Shown in pieces: positions 46,297-58,099 of a stretch of 64,000 bases of DNA (its first letter is position 1; the number at the start of each line of letters is the position of its first letter). The stretch covers positions 3,264,001 through 3,328,000 of the forward strand of contig CM000153.2 of assembly GCA_000004695.1 (NCBI GenBank), given 5' to 3'. This DNA is from Dictyostelium discoideum (taxonomy: Eukaryota). The position numbers and the translations under genes are program-made. A model generated the notes under the pieces. It worked only from the letters and a program-made list of their open reading frames with translations, did not search any database and was not told where the DNA came from.

Positions 46297-46421
46297 ATGT
46301 GTGATAATTTTGCAAGAGTTTTATGTAAAATAGTAGTTGCTCAAGTTGCTAAAAATTTAGGTTTCCCTTCAATTAGTCAAATTGCAACAGATTTTTTAGC
46401 AGATGTAATTCAATTGGGTAG

Positions 46422-46475
<54 letters not shown>

Positions 46476-46893
46476 TAATTATAATATACTTATATAATAA
46501 TACATTAACAATATATATATTTATAAATAGATATACAAGATATTGGTATTAGAGCACATGAATATAGTGAATTATCATGTAGAACCGATTCAAACTTTTT
46601 CGATGTTAAACAAGCATTTGAAGATATGGCAATTAATATACACGAATTACAACAATTTCTTTTACAATCTGACGAAATACCATTTGCGCAAGTTGTCCCA
46701 CCATTCCCTTTACAAGGAAGTGTTGAGCAACCATCTAAACCATCACCATATAAAACTGAGGAACAAGAATTCCCATTACATATACCTTCTTTTTTACCAA
46801 GTTTCCCTGAGAAACATACTTTTTCAAAAACACCTGTAAGTGCTTTGTAAATTATTAAAAAAAAAAAAAAAAAAAAAAAAAGTGTAAAGTTAC

Positions 46894-46953
<60 letters not shown>

Positions 46954-47350
46954 GCTATATGGTGAAGTTGTAACAGATCCTTATAAAATAAAGAAAACTA
47001 AAAATAAACAAAAAAGACAGATTGAAAATTCATTAATTAAATTAACAGATATTACAACAACTAAAATTCCAAATTACGATATGATAAAACAACAACAATA
47101 TTCAAAAAAAGAAGAAGCTTCTGGTGTAAATAATAATAACAATAATAATAGCAAACAAAATAATAAGATATATAATAAAAATAATGAAGGTAGAAACAAC
47201 CATAATGAAAATAATAATAAAAAAGATGACGACAAAATGAATTTAGATAGTAATAATAATGACGATAGTAATAGTAATGAGTTTAATAAAAATAATTATA
47301 ATAATAATAATAATAATAATACCAGTGGTAACAAAGATGGTGAAAATAAC

Positions 47351-47391
<41 letters not shown>

Positions 47392-47653
47392 TAATAAACA
47401 AGAAATTAATAGAGATATTATACCGCCAACACCATTGGAATCTGTAAGCAATACATTTTATCAAAAATTAGAAGAGGAGGATTTAAAAAAACATCATGAT
47501 GAAGCACCAAGAAGATCATTATTATCAGAGGAGGATCAAGAAAGAGCTAAAAAGAGAGTAAAATGTGAAAGAATTTTAAGTTTAGTTCATGAATCATCTC
47601 ATTCTACAATTAATGAAGATGATAAAGATAAAGATATCATCGAACATGATTAA
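46297..47653 (+). CDS. taf8: TFIID subunit TAF8 (BTP/histone-fold N-terminus), 374 aa; exons 46297..46417, 46531..46835 and 46955..47653
   Basis: MCDNFARVLCKIVVAQVAKNLGFPSISQIATDFLADVIQL | DIQDIGIRAHEYSELSCRTDSNFFDVKQAFEDMAINIHELQQF...FPLHIPSFLPSFPEKHTFSKTP | LYGEVVTDPYKIKK...; compare human TAF8 ...HIPSHFPEFPDPHTYIKTPTYREP. Intron 1 contains T(about 40); intron 2 contains (AAT)n. Donors TTG G|GTAGGG and CCT|GTAAGT. C-terminal Asn-rich and acidic tail. Confidence 0.7.
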
Positions 47654-47818
47654 TTGAAAAAATAAAAAAAATAAAAAAAATTAAAATTAAAATTAATAAA
47701 TCTTTAAATTTAATTTATAAATCAATCAAATTATATAATTATTTGTTTTTTTTTTTATTTTATTTTATTTTATTTTGGTTTATTTTCTTATTTTTTTTTT
47801 TTTTTTTTTAAAAATTTA

Positions 47819-48212
47819 TTATTGTTCCTCTCTCCATAAACAATTTGGAGGTAAACAACCAAATTCTTCAATCCAAGTTTCTTTAATTGATGATTCTAAT
47901 CTATTTAACATTTGATAATGAGATTCTTTATTTGATTGAGCAACCGTTAATTTACTAAATATCATTGCAATGATTTTATCTAAAATATTTAATACTGGTG
48001 GTGGAGGTGCTTCAATTTTTCTCTTTTCATTCTCTTTATGAATTCTTTCTGCTTCAATCTCTTTTATCTTTCTTTCTTCAATTAATTTCTCTTTTTTATT
48101 TTTTCTATTATCTTCTTCATCTAATTCATTATCTGCTTCATCATCATCAGATTGCTGAAAACTTGTACTTGTTGTATCATCGCCTTCAATTTCTTCAATC
48201 ATTCTATCTTCA

Positions 48213-48262
<50 letters not shown>

Positions 48263-49306
48263 TTCATCATTATTTTCATCATCATTATTTTCATCATTAT
48301 CATAATCACTACCACTACCATCACAAGTACTACAATAACTACCATCATCATTATCACTACCACTATAATTTTCATTATTATTGTTATTATAATCATCATT
48401 TATTTCATTAATTTTATTATTATTAATTCTATTTAAATTATTTGAAATACCTTCATTTGTATAGATAACTTGTTGTAAATTTTTAATTATACCTTCATTT
48501 ATTTCATTTTCATAACGTTTTTGCATGATTTCTTCATATTGACGTAATTTAATTTTATATTCTAAATCTTCTTCATCCTTTAAACGTTTAGCTGTTGGAC
48601 CTAATAACTTTTGTTCTAATGCCATGAATTCAATTGCCAATGCCATATTATGTTTGTAGAGTAATGATCTATTGGTTTTAGCTAAATAAATACATTTCAG
48701 AATATTTACACTCTTCCATTCGGTTCTCTCTTTAATCTTGGACCAAATACTCTCCAAAAGGAATCCACCCAACATTGGAGGATATGATAGTAATGAGAAA
48801 TAATCACCTTTATACGCCTGTTCCAATTGCTTGATATCGTCTCTCCATTGTTTATTAGTCGTATGAAATGCTAACTCTCTCTCTAATAAATCGTCGGTCA
48901 TGGTGATAAAGAATTGCTCTTCACTATTTAATTTATTTAATAATCTGTCGAATAGATCTTGATTTTCAATTTTACCACCACCAATATACTTGATTTTGTT
49001 ATATGACCATTTAGTGAAATTAATTAATAATAATGGCTCTTCTTCTTCTCCATCTTGTTCTTGCTCTTTATTAATTTCTTCACCACCTTTTTTAATCTCA
49101 TTTTTTATAAATTCTTTAATTTTGTTATCTGTTTTATTTAATTCTTTATTTTCAATTTCTTTTTCTTTTTCTTCTAATTTCTCATATTCTTCTTCTAATA
49201 ATTTCAATTCTTTTAATTTATTACTAATCTCTAATGTTAATAAATTATTTTTAATTTGATCTTCTGAAATTGTATCCCATTCATCTGGAATATCTTTATC
49301 TGTCAT
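47819..49306 (-). CDS. Hypothetical acidic coiled-coil protein (495 aa) with a long Asn/Asp-rich insert
   Basis: Single ORF MTDKDIPDEWDTISEDQIKNNLLTLEISNKLKELKLLEEEYEKLEEK ... KWSYNKIKYIGGGKIENQDLFDRLLNKLNSEEQFFITMTDDLLERELAFH ... LPPNCLWREEQ*. No family recognised. Confidence 0.5.
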
Positions 49307-49378
49307 TTTTTTATAAATTTATTAAAATAGATAATAAAACAGATAATAAATATGAAAATAAAAAAATAAAAGTATATA

Positions 49379-49412
<34 letters not shown>

Positions 49413-49726
49413 AAAGCACACTTCCAAAAAATGAAATTTTTTTTTTTTTTTTCATTTTTTTTTTTATTTTTATTTTTATTTTTTATTTTATTTTTATTTT
49501 TATTTTTTTTGTTCTTAAAAACAAGTTTAAATAATTTAAAAGATCTTTCATAGTTTTAATTTTTTATTTTTTATTTTATTTTATTTTTTTTATTTTTTTT
49601 TTTTTTTTAATATTTTTTTTTTTTATTTCAAACTAAACAATTCAAAAATATATTAACATCTGAATAATCATAAAAAACAAAAAAAAAAAAAAAATATTTT
49701 TTTTTTTTTTCAATTTTTTTTTTTCA

Positions 49727-49757
<31 letters not shown>

Positions 49758-49913
49758 CATAGTTTTGATAATAATTTGTATAATAAACGAAAAATTAAAA
49801 TATTTTATACAAAAACAAAACACACACAAATTAATATTTAACCAAGAAACATTAGATATATATACACATTTATAAATTGGGTGTAAATAATAATAATAAT
49901 AATAATAATAAAA

Positions 49914-50438
49914 ATGAATAATTTATTAAAATCATTCACAAAATTCTCAATAAATGTACCACAAAATTTAATAATGAAAAGAAATTATTCATTAGTTTTA
50001 GATTCAGTTGAAATACCAAAAGAGATTGAACTTAAATATCATCGTCCACATCGTAAACAACCAACCAATGCACATAAATTATTAGTAAAGAGACAACATC
50101 AAGCTAAAATCAATTTAAAACGTAAAAGATTACAAAAAGAAATCCATGATTGGAGATTAGCACCACCACAACATTTACCAAAATTCAATGCAGAAAAAGT
50201 TAAACCAGCAAAAGAATACACTGGTCTCAAAGCTGATCAATTCGAAGAAATCCCATTTGGTTACAGACAACGTAAACATGTTAAATATTTGGAAAATCAA
50301 CAAGAAGAAAAAAGAATATTAGATGAAATTAAACAAAAACGTTTAAGAAAACATGTTGAATTAATCAATAAAGAAAAAGAAAGAAAAGAAACTTTTAAAT
50401 CAAAAATGGAATCAAGAAAACAAGAACAACAACAATAA
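49914..50438 (+). CDS. Hypothetical small basic protein with a mitochondrial-presequence-like N-terminus (possible mitoribosomal protein), 174 aa
   Basis: MNNLLKSFTKFSINVPQNLIMKRNYS... then Lys/Arg-rich ...HRPHRKQPTNAHKLLVKRQHQAKINLKRKRLQKEIHDWRLAPPQHLPKF.... Family not recognised. Confidence 0.45.
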   Translation: MNNLLKSFTKFSINVPQNLIMKRNYSLVLDSVEIPKEIELKYHRPHRKQPTNAHKLLVKRQHQAKINLKRKRLQKEIHDWRLAPPQHLPKFNAEKVKPAKEYTGLKADQFEEIPFGYRQRKHVKYLENQQEEKRILDEIKQKRLRKHVELINKEKERKETFKSKMESRKQEQQQ

Positions 50439-50675
50439 TAATAATAATAATAAAAAAATAAAATAAAATAAAAAAATAATTTTAAAAAAATAAAATAAAT
50501 ATATATATATATTATCATTTAAATAATAATAATAAAATTTTTTTTTTTTTTTTTTTTTTTTTGATTTCAAAAATTAGATAATCACTTTTTTTTTTTTTGA
50601 TTTCAAATTTTATTTTTTTTTTATTTTATTTTATTTTTTTCTAAAAAAAAAAAAAAAAACGAAACGATAATACTT

Positions 50676-50716
<41 letters not shown>

Positions 50717-50744
50717 CACTTTTTTTCCAAAAAAAAAAAAAAAA

Positions 50745-53700
50745 ATGATTACCACAATACAACAAATTGAAACTTTTTCAAAAAGTTTAAATAAAAATAG
50801 TATTGATAGTGATAAAAATGAAATTTATGATTCATTTTTAGATTGCATTTTAATAATTGATGATAATAATAATAATAATAATATTCTTGAACAATTAATT
50901 GAAAAATTAAAATCGATTTCAAATATTGAATATTTAAATAGTAATAATATAAATTATCACTTTATAAAATTATTATTAATTTCAATTCAAAGAATAATAA
51001 ATAATAATAAAAATGATAAAAATAATAATAATAATAATAATAATAAATTATATAAATCATTGTTTAATACATATATTGAAATATTAGAAATATCAAAAAT
51101 AATATTAAATCAAGATGAAAATCATTTAAATAAAGTTAAAATTTTAGAAATGGTTATTAATAATATTAAAGATACATTATCTTTAAATATTATTGAAAAT
51201 AGTTTTGAAATTGTAAATGATTTATTAGAGAAATCAAATTTATCAATGATATCAATTTTAGAAGAAAATGATGAAAATAATATTCATTTTAATGTTTTAT
51301 TTAATTTATTAAATAAAATTTATAATGAATTAAATAATAATAATAACAATAATAATAAAGAAATTTTATTAGTAATTAATAAATTTAGAGATATTTTTAT
51401 AAAGAATTCAATTGAATTATTAAAGAAATCAATAGATACAGATATTAGAAATGGTATTATTTCAACTTTATTATTACCATTAGTTAATGATTCAATTGAA
51501 ACTTTTAATATGGTTAAAGAATTTGCATATAAAATGATTTCTGATCCACCTGAATCATTATTCGTTTCATTAGTTAAATCTGAAGGTTTTAAATTATTAT
51601 CAAATCTTTTTAATTCATTTTATAAGAATTTAATATTTGATCCAATTTTTTGGCAATCTATAATTGTATGTAAATTATTTTTTAATTATTTAAAAAAAAA
51701 TATATATATAAATATTTATACATATAAACTAATTATTTTTATTTTTATTATTTTATTTTATTTTTTTTTTAAAAAAAAGAATGGACTTAATGATATTAAT
51801 GATTCATTAAATAGAAAAAGATCAAGTTATTTATTAAAGAAATCAATAAAGATATCAATTGAAAAAGAGAATGAAATTTCAACATGGGGTGATAATTGGA
51901 GTAAATATTTTAAATGGAGTAAAGAAGATAGTGAAAAATTACAAAAACTTTGGAATACATTCTTTTTGATTTATGAATCATTAGATGATTTTACAATTCA
52001 TTTAATTCAACCAGTATGGAAAGAAATTGATTCATTAGTAATTGGATCATCATCATCATCACCAATGTCATCACCATCATCAAAAGAAGGATTAGATTTT
52101 GAATGGGTTGAAATTTTATTTAAACGTTGTTTAAATCATCAAAACCCAGCAGTTATTAAAGTTTTAATAATTGATGTTTTAAATTCTAAACAATATATTC
52201 CATATTTACCAATTGAATTTATTAGTGGTACTTTAATTCAATCAATTTCAAATGCAGCTCTATATAAAGGTGTAACAGAATCAACTATTCATGTTGCCAC
52301 TATTAATTTCTTTACAAATTATTATCAATCATTATCAACAATTAAAGAGAAATCAAAATTCATTCAAACAATAATCAATTGTTTGGTTGTTAATCATTTT
52401 CAAAAGGAATTATTAGTTAATATTATAAAATTCATTGAAACTATTACAAATCAACAAAAATTGAAATTAACAGTTTTAAATAATGAATTTTTTCCAGTGT
52501 TTTTAAATTTTTTCGAAATTTCAATTAAAAGATTACATAGTAATGTTCGTAATAGAATTTATAAATCAATTATTAAATCATTAATTTATTTATGTGATGA
52601 AAATAATCAAGATTATCAACAACTTGATTTTAATAATAAATCAAAAATAATTTATTCAATTCCATTACATTTTCATACAAATTTAAAATATAATCAATTA
52701 TTAAATAATTGGTTAAATTCAATTAATCATAATGAAAATAATAATTTAAATAATATAAAATTAATTTTAAATAATTATAAAATTGAAGAAAAAGATAACT
52801 TAATAATAATTGATAAAGATATAATAATTAAAATTAAACAAGAATCATTTATAATTTCAAGAATGATTTTATATTTAAATTCAAAAGAATTTTCAGAAAT
52901 TATAAATGAAATATTAATTGAAATTTCAAAATTAATGATTAAAGATTCTACATGCAAATTTGGATTGGAGAATATGTCATTTAATAAATTTATTATATTA
53001 TTAGGTTCAATTTTATCAATTACAGAATTATCAAATCAAATTGAAACTTTGAAACCATTATTTATAAATACTGAAAATTTTTATGAAAGCTTTTTAGATT
53101 TCTTATTAAATAATTTTAAAAATCAACAACTTTTAAATCAATTACAATCAAATTATATACCAACTTTAGAAATTGAAGAATCTTTATATTTAATTCAATC
53201 ATTTATTATTGAAAATATTTTAAATGATAATAATTTAAAAAGTTATAAAATTAAATTAAATAATTATTTAAATCAAATTTTTAATAATAATAATATTGAT
53301 AAAAATAATAATAATAATAATAATATTAAAATTGAAATTCAAAAAGTAATTTATATTCAAAAATTATTTGGTATTTTTAAAGAACGTTCAAATATAAGTA
53401 AATTATTTAAAGTTGAAGAAATTGAAAAATTAATAGATTTTATTTTTAATATAACAATTCAAAAACCAAAACAACAACAACAAGAACAATATGATCATTC
53501 AATTAAAGAAACATTAGGATTATGGGGTAATATTAATTCATATTTTATAAAAACAAAATGGATGTTAATTAGAAATTTATTAACATGTCAATCAGAAATA
53601 ATGAAGAATGAAAATCAATCATTAGATCAATCAAAATTATTAATAGAGAAATCAAGTAATTATTTAGAGATATTAATTGATGATTTAAGTGGTTCAAATT

Positions 53701-55892
53701 TTTATTGTTCTCAACCAATATTTCATTGTTTAACTATTCTTTTACCAATTGGAACAAAAAGAAAAGATGGTAAAATTGGTTTTAACAAAGAATTATTTGA
53801 AAATTGTTTATCATATGCATGGACATCAGTTATGGATAGTGGTACATTAACATTTATTGGTTCATTTATTCAATTAGCTTATCAACATGATATTTTATCT
53901 GTTTGTATTAATGAAGAAGAAGAAGAGGATGATGAAGAGGAAATTTTTAATCATCATAATTTATTAAAAGAATATTTTTATAAATTATTAAATCAAAGTT
54001 CATTAGTAATTGGATTATATAATTTATTAATTATGAAAACTACAATGATTTGGAAAGAATATCCAGAGATTGCAATTCTTTATGTTGATGAAATATATGA
54101 ATCACTTGTATTTGGACCAACTAGAACTGCTGGTAATGAATTACATCAAGATGATTTAGAATTAACATTTCATGATGCTTTAATTGGTGTACCAACATTT
54201 GTTTTTAATTTACATCAAGATTCAATTTGTGAAAGTGCTAAAGATCAAATTAAATTTGGTTTTGGTAGTATTCCACATAAAGATAGTTTTGGTAGAGCAA
54301 TTGCAACAGTTTTCCTTTATGAAATGGGTAAATTATCAAAATCATCATCATCTCATCATATGAATGAAAATAAAAACAAAATTATTGAATTTATAAATTT
54401 AATTTCAATGAAATTATTAAATTCAAATTTTGATAAAGAATTTTTAAAGAAAAAAGAATATATTTTAAATACACCAATTCATAGATTAAAAGTTAGAATT
54501 TGGCAAAGTTTATGTATTTTATCAAAATTTATTCAACCAAATTCAAATGAACAAATGAATGAAATTGGTAGTGCTATCGTAAAGATTTTCCATTTATTCA
54601 ATTTACCATCAATTAGAAAATATGTAAATATATTTTTAGTAAACTTTATGAAGAGACATCATGAAATCATTGAAATACATTTAATTCAATTATTGGATAA
54701 TTTAAATGTACGTGGTGATATTTTAAGTTCAATAGTTGTAACAGCAGGTTATATTCTTTTGAATATTGAAAATAATAATCAACTTTATCAAAAGGTTTTC
54801 AATAGAATTTTATCATTAACAACATCTGGTCATCAAGTGGTTAAAACTATTGCCTCTTCAATCATTGTACAAATCTATGATACCGATAATAAATTAGCAG
54901 AGAAATTAAGTTCCGATAGTACAATGTTGGCATTTTTAAAACAATTACATTATTTTTTCACTAATAATCAACAAGCATTTAAATCATTGGAAAAACAAAA
55001 ACAAGTTATGGATTTAGAAAAGAAAAATCAATTTTCAAGTTCAAGTTTTCAAAATGTTTTCTATGATACACCAGTTTTAGAACAATTATCTCCAAGTGAA
55101 ATAATTTCACCAGGTATATTTGAATTTTTATTATCATCAAATGATTATTCAATTGGTAATCCACTTGAAAAACAATTACGTGATAAATTATTAGAAAAAT
55201 CAAAATATTTACCAAAAGTTATTGGTGTTGACAATGGTAATGAAAATGATAGTGATGATGATGATGAAAATCATAAAGAAAATAATATTAAAAAATTAAT
55301 TTCAAATACTGATGATATTGATGAATATATTGATAATAATCCAACAAGTTATCAAAAGAAAATTTTACCTTGGTCAAATGATTTAGATTTAGAAACTCGT
55401 GATGAATTAGTAGTGAAAAAAGCAAGACAAAGTATAATTATTGTCGCTAGTTTTATTGATAAAATACCAAATTTAGCTGGTTTAGCAAGAACTTGTGAAA
55501 TCTTTAATATTGAATGTTTGGTTGTATCTGATTTGAAAATTCGTGATAATAAAGAATTTCAAAATATAACTGTTACCGCTGAAAAATGGTTACCAATGGA
55601 AGAAGTTGCAGAGAATGATTTAAAGCAATACCTTTTATTAAAGAAATCTCAGGGTTATAGTTTATTAGGAGTTGAACAAACCTCTTCAAGTGTTTTATTA
55701 AATAAATTTGAGTTTCCTCAAAAATCAGTTTTAGTTTTGGGTAAAGAAAAAGAAGGTATCCCAACTGAATTCATTAATTTATTAGATAAATGTATTGAAA
55801 TTCCACAATTAGGTATCATTAGGAGTTTAAATGTTCATGTTAGTGGTTCTTTAATGATTTGGGATTACTTTAGACAACAATTAAATAAATAA
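50745..55892 (+). CDS. TARBP1-like large protein with a C-terminal SpoU/TrmH (SPOUT) RNA 2'-O-methyltransferase domain; probable exons 50745..51665 and 51780..55892 (114-nt in-frame AT-rich intron, donor ATT|GTATGT, acceptor AAAAAAG|AAT)
   Basis: C-terminus ...KSVLVLGKEKEGIPTEFINLLDKCIEIPQLGIIRSLNVHVSGSLMIWDYF is the SPOUT knot motif. The long helical/ARM-like N-terminus and the size match TARBP1-family methyltransferases. The ORF-track read-through segment VCKLFFNYLKKNIYINIYTYKLIIFIFIILFYFFFKKK is AT-rich, bounded by GTATGT...AG, and looks intronic. Confidence 0.7.
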   Translation: MITTIQQIETFSKSLNKNSIDSDKNEIYDSFLDCILIIDDNNNNNNILEQLIEKLKSISNIEYLNSNNINYHFIKLLLISIQRIINNNKNDKNNNNNNNNKLYKSLFNTYIEILEISKIILNQDENHLNKVKILEMVINNIKDTLSLNIIENSFEIVNDLLEKSNLSMISILEENDENNIHFNVLFNLLNKIYNELNNNNNNNNKEILLVINKFRDIFIKNSIELLKKSIDTDIRNGIISTLLLPLVNDSIETFNMVKEFAYKMISDPPESLFVSLVKSEGFKLLSNLFNSFYKNLIFDPIFWQSIIVCKLFFNYLKKNIYINIYTYKLIIFIFIILFYFFFKKKNGLNDINDSLNRKRSSYLLKKSIKISIEKENEISTWGDNWSKYFKWSKEDSEKLQKLWNTFFLIYESLDDFTIHLIQPVWKEIDSLVIGSSSSSPMSSPSSKEGLDFEWVEILFKRCLNHQNPAVIKVLIIDVLNSKQYIPYLPIEFISGTLIQSISNAALYKGVTESTIHVATINFFTNYYQSLSTIKEKSKFIQTIINCLVVNHFQKELLVNIIKFIETITNQQKLKLTVLNNEFFPVFLNFFEISIKRLHSNVRNRIYKSIIKSLIYLCDENNQDYQQLDFNNKSKIIYSIPLHFHTNLKYNQLLNNWLNSINHNENNNLNNIKLILNNYKIEEKDNLIIIDKDIIIKIKQESFIISRMILYLNSKEFSEIINEILIEISKLMIKDSTCKFGLENMSFNKFIILLGSILSITELSNQIETLKPLFINTENFYESFLDFLLNNFKNQQLLNQLQSNYIPTLEIEESLYLIQSFIIENILNDNNLKSYKIKLNNYLNQIFNNNNIDKNNNNNNNIKIEIQKVIYIQKLFGIFKERSNISKLFKVEEIEKLIDFIFNITIQKPKQQQQEQYDHSIKETLGLWGNINSYFIKTKWMLIRNLLTCQSEIMKNENQSLDQSKLLIEKSSNYLEILIDDLSGSNFYCSQPIFHCLTILLPIGTKRKDGKIGFNKELFENCLSYAWTSVMDSGTLTFIGSFIQLAYQHDILSVCINEEEEEDDEEEIFNHHNLLKEYFYKLLNQSSLVIGLYNLLIMKTTMIWKEYPEIAILYVDEIYESLVFGPTRTAGNELHQDDLELTFHDALIGVPTFVFNLHQDSICESAKDQIKFGFGSIPHKDSFGRAIATVFLYEMGKLSKSSSSHHMNENKNKIIEFINLISMKLLNSNFDKEFLKKKEYILNTPIHRLKVRIWQSLCILSKFIQPNSNEQMNEIGSAIVKIFHLFNLPSIRKYVNIFLVNFMKRHHEIIEIHLIQLLDNLNVRGDILSSIVVTAGYILLNIENNNQLYQKVFNRILSLTTSGHQVVKTIASSIIVQIYDTDNKLAEKLSSDSTMLAFLKQLHYFFTNNQQAFKSLEKQKQVMDLEKKNQFSSSSFQNVFYDTPVLEQLSPSEIISPGIFEFLLSSNDYSIGNPLEKQLRDKLLEKSKYLPKVIGVDNGNENDSDDDDENHKENNIKKLISNTDDIDEYIDNNPTSYQKKILPWSNDLDLETRDELVVKKARQSIIIVASFIDKIPNLAGLARTCEIFNIECLVVSDLKIRDNKEFQNITVTAEKWLPMEEVAENDLKQYLLLKKSQGYSLLGVEQTSSSVLLNKFEFPQKSVLVLGKEKEGIPTEFINLLDKCIEIPQLGIIRSLNVHVSGSLMIWDYFRQQLNK

Positions 55893-56021
55893 ATTTAAAA
55901 AAAAAAAAATAAAAAAACAAAATAAAAAACAATTTCTTTTATTTGATTTATAAAGAGTTCTTCTATACAGAATTATTCATTTTTCCATTATAAAACTTTT
56001 AGACCAAACTAAGAAAAAAGA

Positions 56022-56031
56022 ATCGAACCTA
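56022..56031 (-). promoter_or_regulatory. External B-box-like element (GGTTCGATTC on minus strand) about 30 bp downstream of the tRNA-Gly 3' end
   Basis: + strand GAATCGAACC at 56022-56031, which is GGTTCGATTC on the tRNA strand. Many Dictyostelium tRNA genes carry a duplicated downstream B box; this is not a full tRNA (no acceptor or anticodon arms found). Confidence 0.4.
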
Positions 56032-56059
56032 CGTTCTATCGAAATTTGGCACAAAATTT

Positions 56060-56130
56060 TGCGTATGCTGGGAATCGAACCCAGTTCGCATCCGTGGCAG
56101 GGATGCATCATACCACTAGACCACATACGC
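56060..56130 (-). tRNA. tRNA-Gly (anticodon GCC)
   Basis: Minus-strand sequence GCGTATGTGGTCTAGTGGTATGATGCATCCCTGCCACGGATGCGAACTGGGTTCGATTCCCAGCATACGCA: 7-bp acceptor stem GCGTATG/CATACGC, D-arm TGGTCTAGTGGTA, anticodon stem CATCC/GGATG with loop CTGCCAC (GCC), T-arm GGGTTCGATTCCC. Confidence 0.9.
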
Positions 56131-56205
56131 TTTTTTGATGAATTTTCAGTTCCAATAGAAAAATTTGGGGCATTTTAATTTAGTATGGTACTTTTTAAAA
56201 GGAAT

Positions 56206-56278
56206 CGCCTAGACATGGGATCGAACCATGGACCTAGCGGTTAACAGCCGCTCGCTCTGCCTACTGAGCCATCCAGGC
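56206..56278 (-). tRNA. tRNA-Asn (anticodon GTT)
   Basis: Minus-strand GCCTGGATGGCTCAGTAGGCAGAGCGAGCGGCTGTTAACCGCTAGGTCCATGGTTCGATCCCATGTCTAGGCG: acceptor GCCTGGA/TCTAGGC (one G-T pair), anticodon stem AGCGG/CCGCT with loop CTGTTAA (GTT), T-arm CATGGTTCGATCCCATG. Confidence 0.85.
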
Positions 56279-56508
56279 ACTTTGGATATTTTTGTTCGTA
56301 AAATATCCAGGTTTTTTTTTTAATATTTTGAAATTAAAAAAAGTTTTGTAAATTTTTGATTGTAATAAATTTTTAAAATTCAAAAATGAAACCAATAACA
56401 TTTTAAATTCAAAAAAAAATGTTTCAGTGATCCACACTGGACTGATTTCTAAACAAGAAGAGGTGATTAAATAAAAAAATTTATACATCCATTAAGTTTT
56501 ATTAATTT

Positions 56509-56555
<47 letters not shown>

Positions 56556-56639
56556 GTTATTATTATTTTTATATGATTTTCATATTAAAATATTTGTATT
56601 TTTTGAATTAATATTCTAAATTGGTGATTAATATATATT

Positions 56640-57603
56640 TTAAAAACCATATTTTGAAGCTAAATTTTTTGATAAAGAAAATGCTTTCTTATACATTTTA
56701 ATACTTTCATCAGTGGAACCAGATCTTTCTAATTCTTCAGCCATAACTAATAATCTTTCAGCTTCAGCTTCAGGGTCAACTGGTTGATCGGTATTGATAT
56801 CTGCAATTTTTTCAAACATTACATCAGTTCTCATGATATATTTAATTCCATCCAATACGGGTGAACCTTCATGGAAAAGATCTTGTGGGAATACAACTAA
56901 ATTACCAGTTTTTAATGGACCAACTACATCGATAACTTTTAGTGATTGCAAATCCACCGCTTTTAAAGAGTCATCATCATCATTTAACTCTAAATCATTT
57001 CCAGTACCTGTATTGGTATCTTTGAAATGTAAAACTGATGAAATGCTCTTTAAACTTTGATCATCTAAAAAGTTTGTTGCACCACCTGTATAATCTTGAT
57101 TTAAATAAAACATAAATGTATACAATGATCTCTTTGTTGAACTTTGAACATAGGAGCCATCATAATGTTTCTTGAATAAACCACCTTTATAATATTTACA
57201 CATTCTAAACTTTGGATTTAAGCCAATAGGTTTCCAAACACCACTCGGTGAACCAATTTTATATAGACCGTCACCTGGTTTAACTGTTGTAGTTATGTCT
57301 AATCCATTATCGTTCAAAAAGTTTTCAACTCTTTCCCAAGCAAACCTTGCAATATCTTCACTCATTACCATAATTCTATCATTAATTCGAAAATCATTCT
57401 TTTCACCACGTTGCCAATGTAAACTTTCCCAACCAATCTTTTCTGCTTCCTCTATAAAATATTTACATTCCTCTTCACTTAATGCATTATGTAATATAAA
57501 TCCACCACCCCATAAATCTTTTTTTGTAATTTTTGATAAATCAAATGAATTGCTTATTGAAATTGATGGTTCTTTCATATAATGTCCAATTGATCTTTGT
57601 TGT

Positions 57604-57608
<5 letters not shown>
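56640..57608 (-). CDS. 2-oxoglutarate/Fe(II)-dependent dioxygenase (prolyl 4-hydroxylase-like P4Hc family), about 322 aa; probable start MAQQRS at 57608
   Basis: ...CKYYKGGLFKKHYDGSY (HxD) ... YTFMFYLNQDYTGGATNF ... GNLVVFPQDLFHEGSPV (distal His), the double-stranded beta-helix jelly-roll signature. The ORF-track extension [10 protein letters not shown] comes from the upstream A-run and is probably 5' UTR. Confidence 0.7.
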
Positions 57609-57635
<27 letters not shown>

Positions 57636-58099
57636 CAATATTTTATTATTGATGTTATTGTTGTTTATGCTAATAAATAAATAAATAAATAAATAAATAA
57701 AAACTTTAAAATTTTGAAAATTTTTTTTTTTTTTTTTTTTTTTTTATGAGAAAAATATTATAAAAAAAAAAAACTATTGAAAAAATCTAATAATTACTTT
57801 CTTAAAAAAAAACATAATTAGTAGTTTTTCATTTTTTGGTTATTAAAAGTTTTTCATTAATAGATGGATATTGGATATTGTTTTGGAAAAAAAAAAAAAT
57901 TAAAAAATTAAATATTTTTTTTTTTTTTTTTTTTTTTTATTTTCATTCATATTTTTTTTTTTTTTATTTTTTATTTTTTAAAATTTAGAACATCAAAATT
58001 TTAAAAAAATAGTTGACTAATTATTGTTGTGTTTGTAATAAAAAAAAAAAAAAGAAATTGATATAAAAAAAGGTACAATTAGTATTTTCATTACAGGAA

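Noticed and set aside
47243-48436. Ile-, Tyr-, His- and Met-rich ORFs overlapping the TAF8 tail and the acidic coiled-coil gene (47243, 47259, 47998, 48152, 48199, 48990)
   Set aside because: These are alternative-frame or antisense readings of (AAT)n/(ATT)n coding microsatellites. They are low complexity with no independent support.
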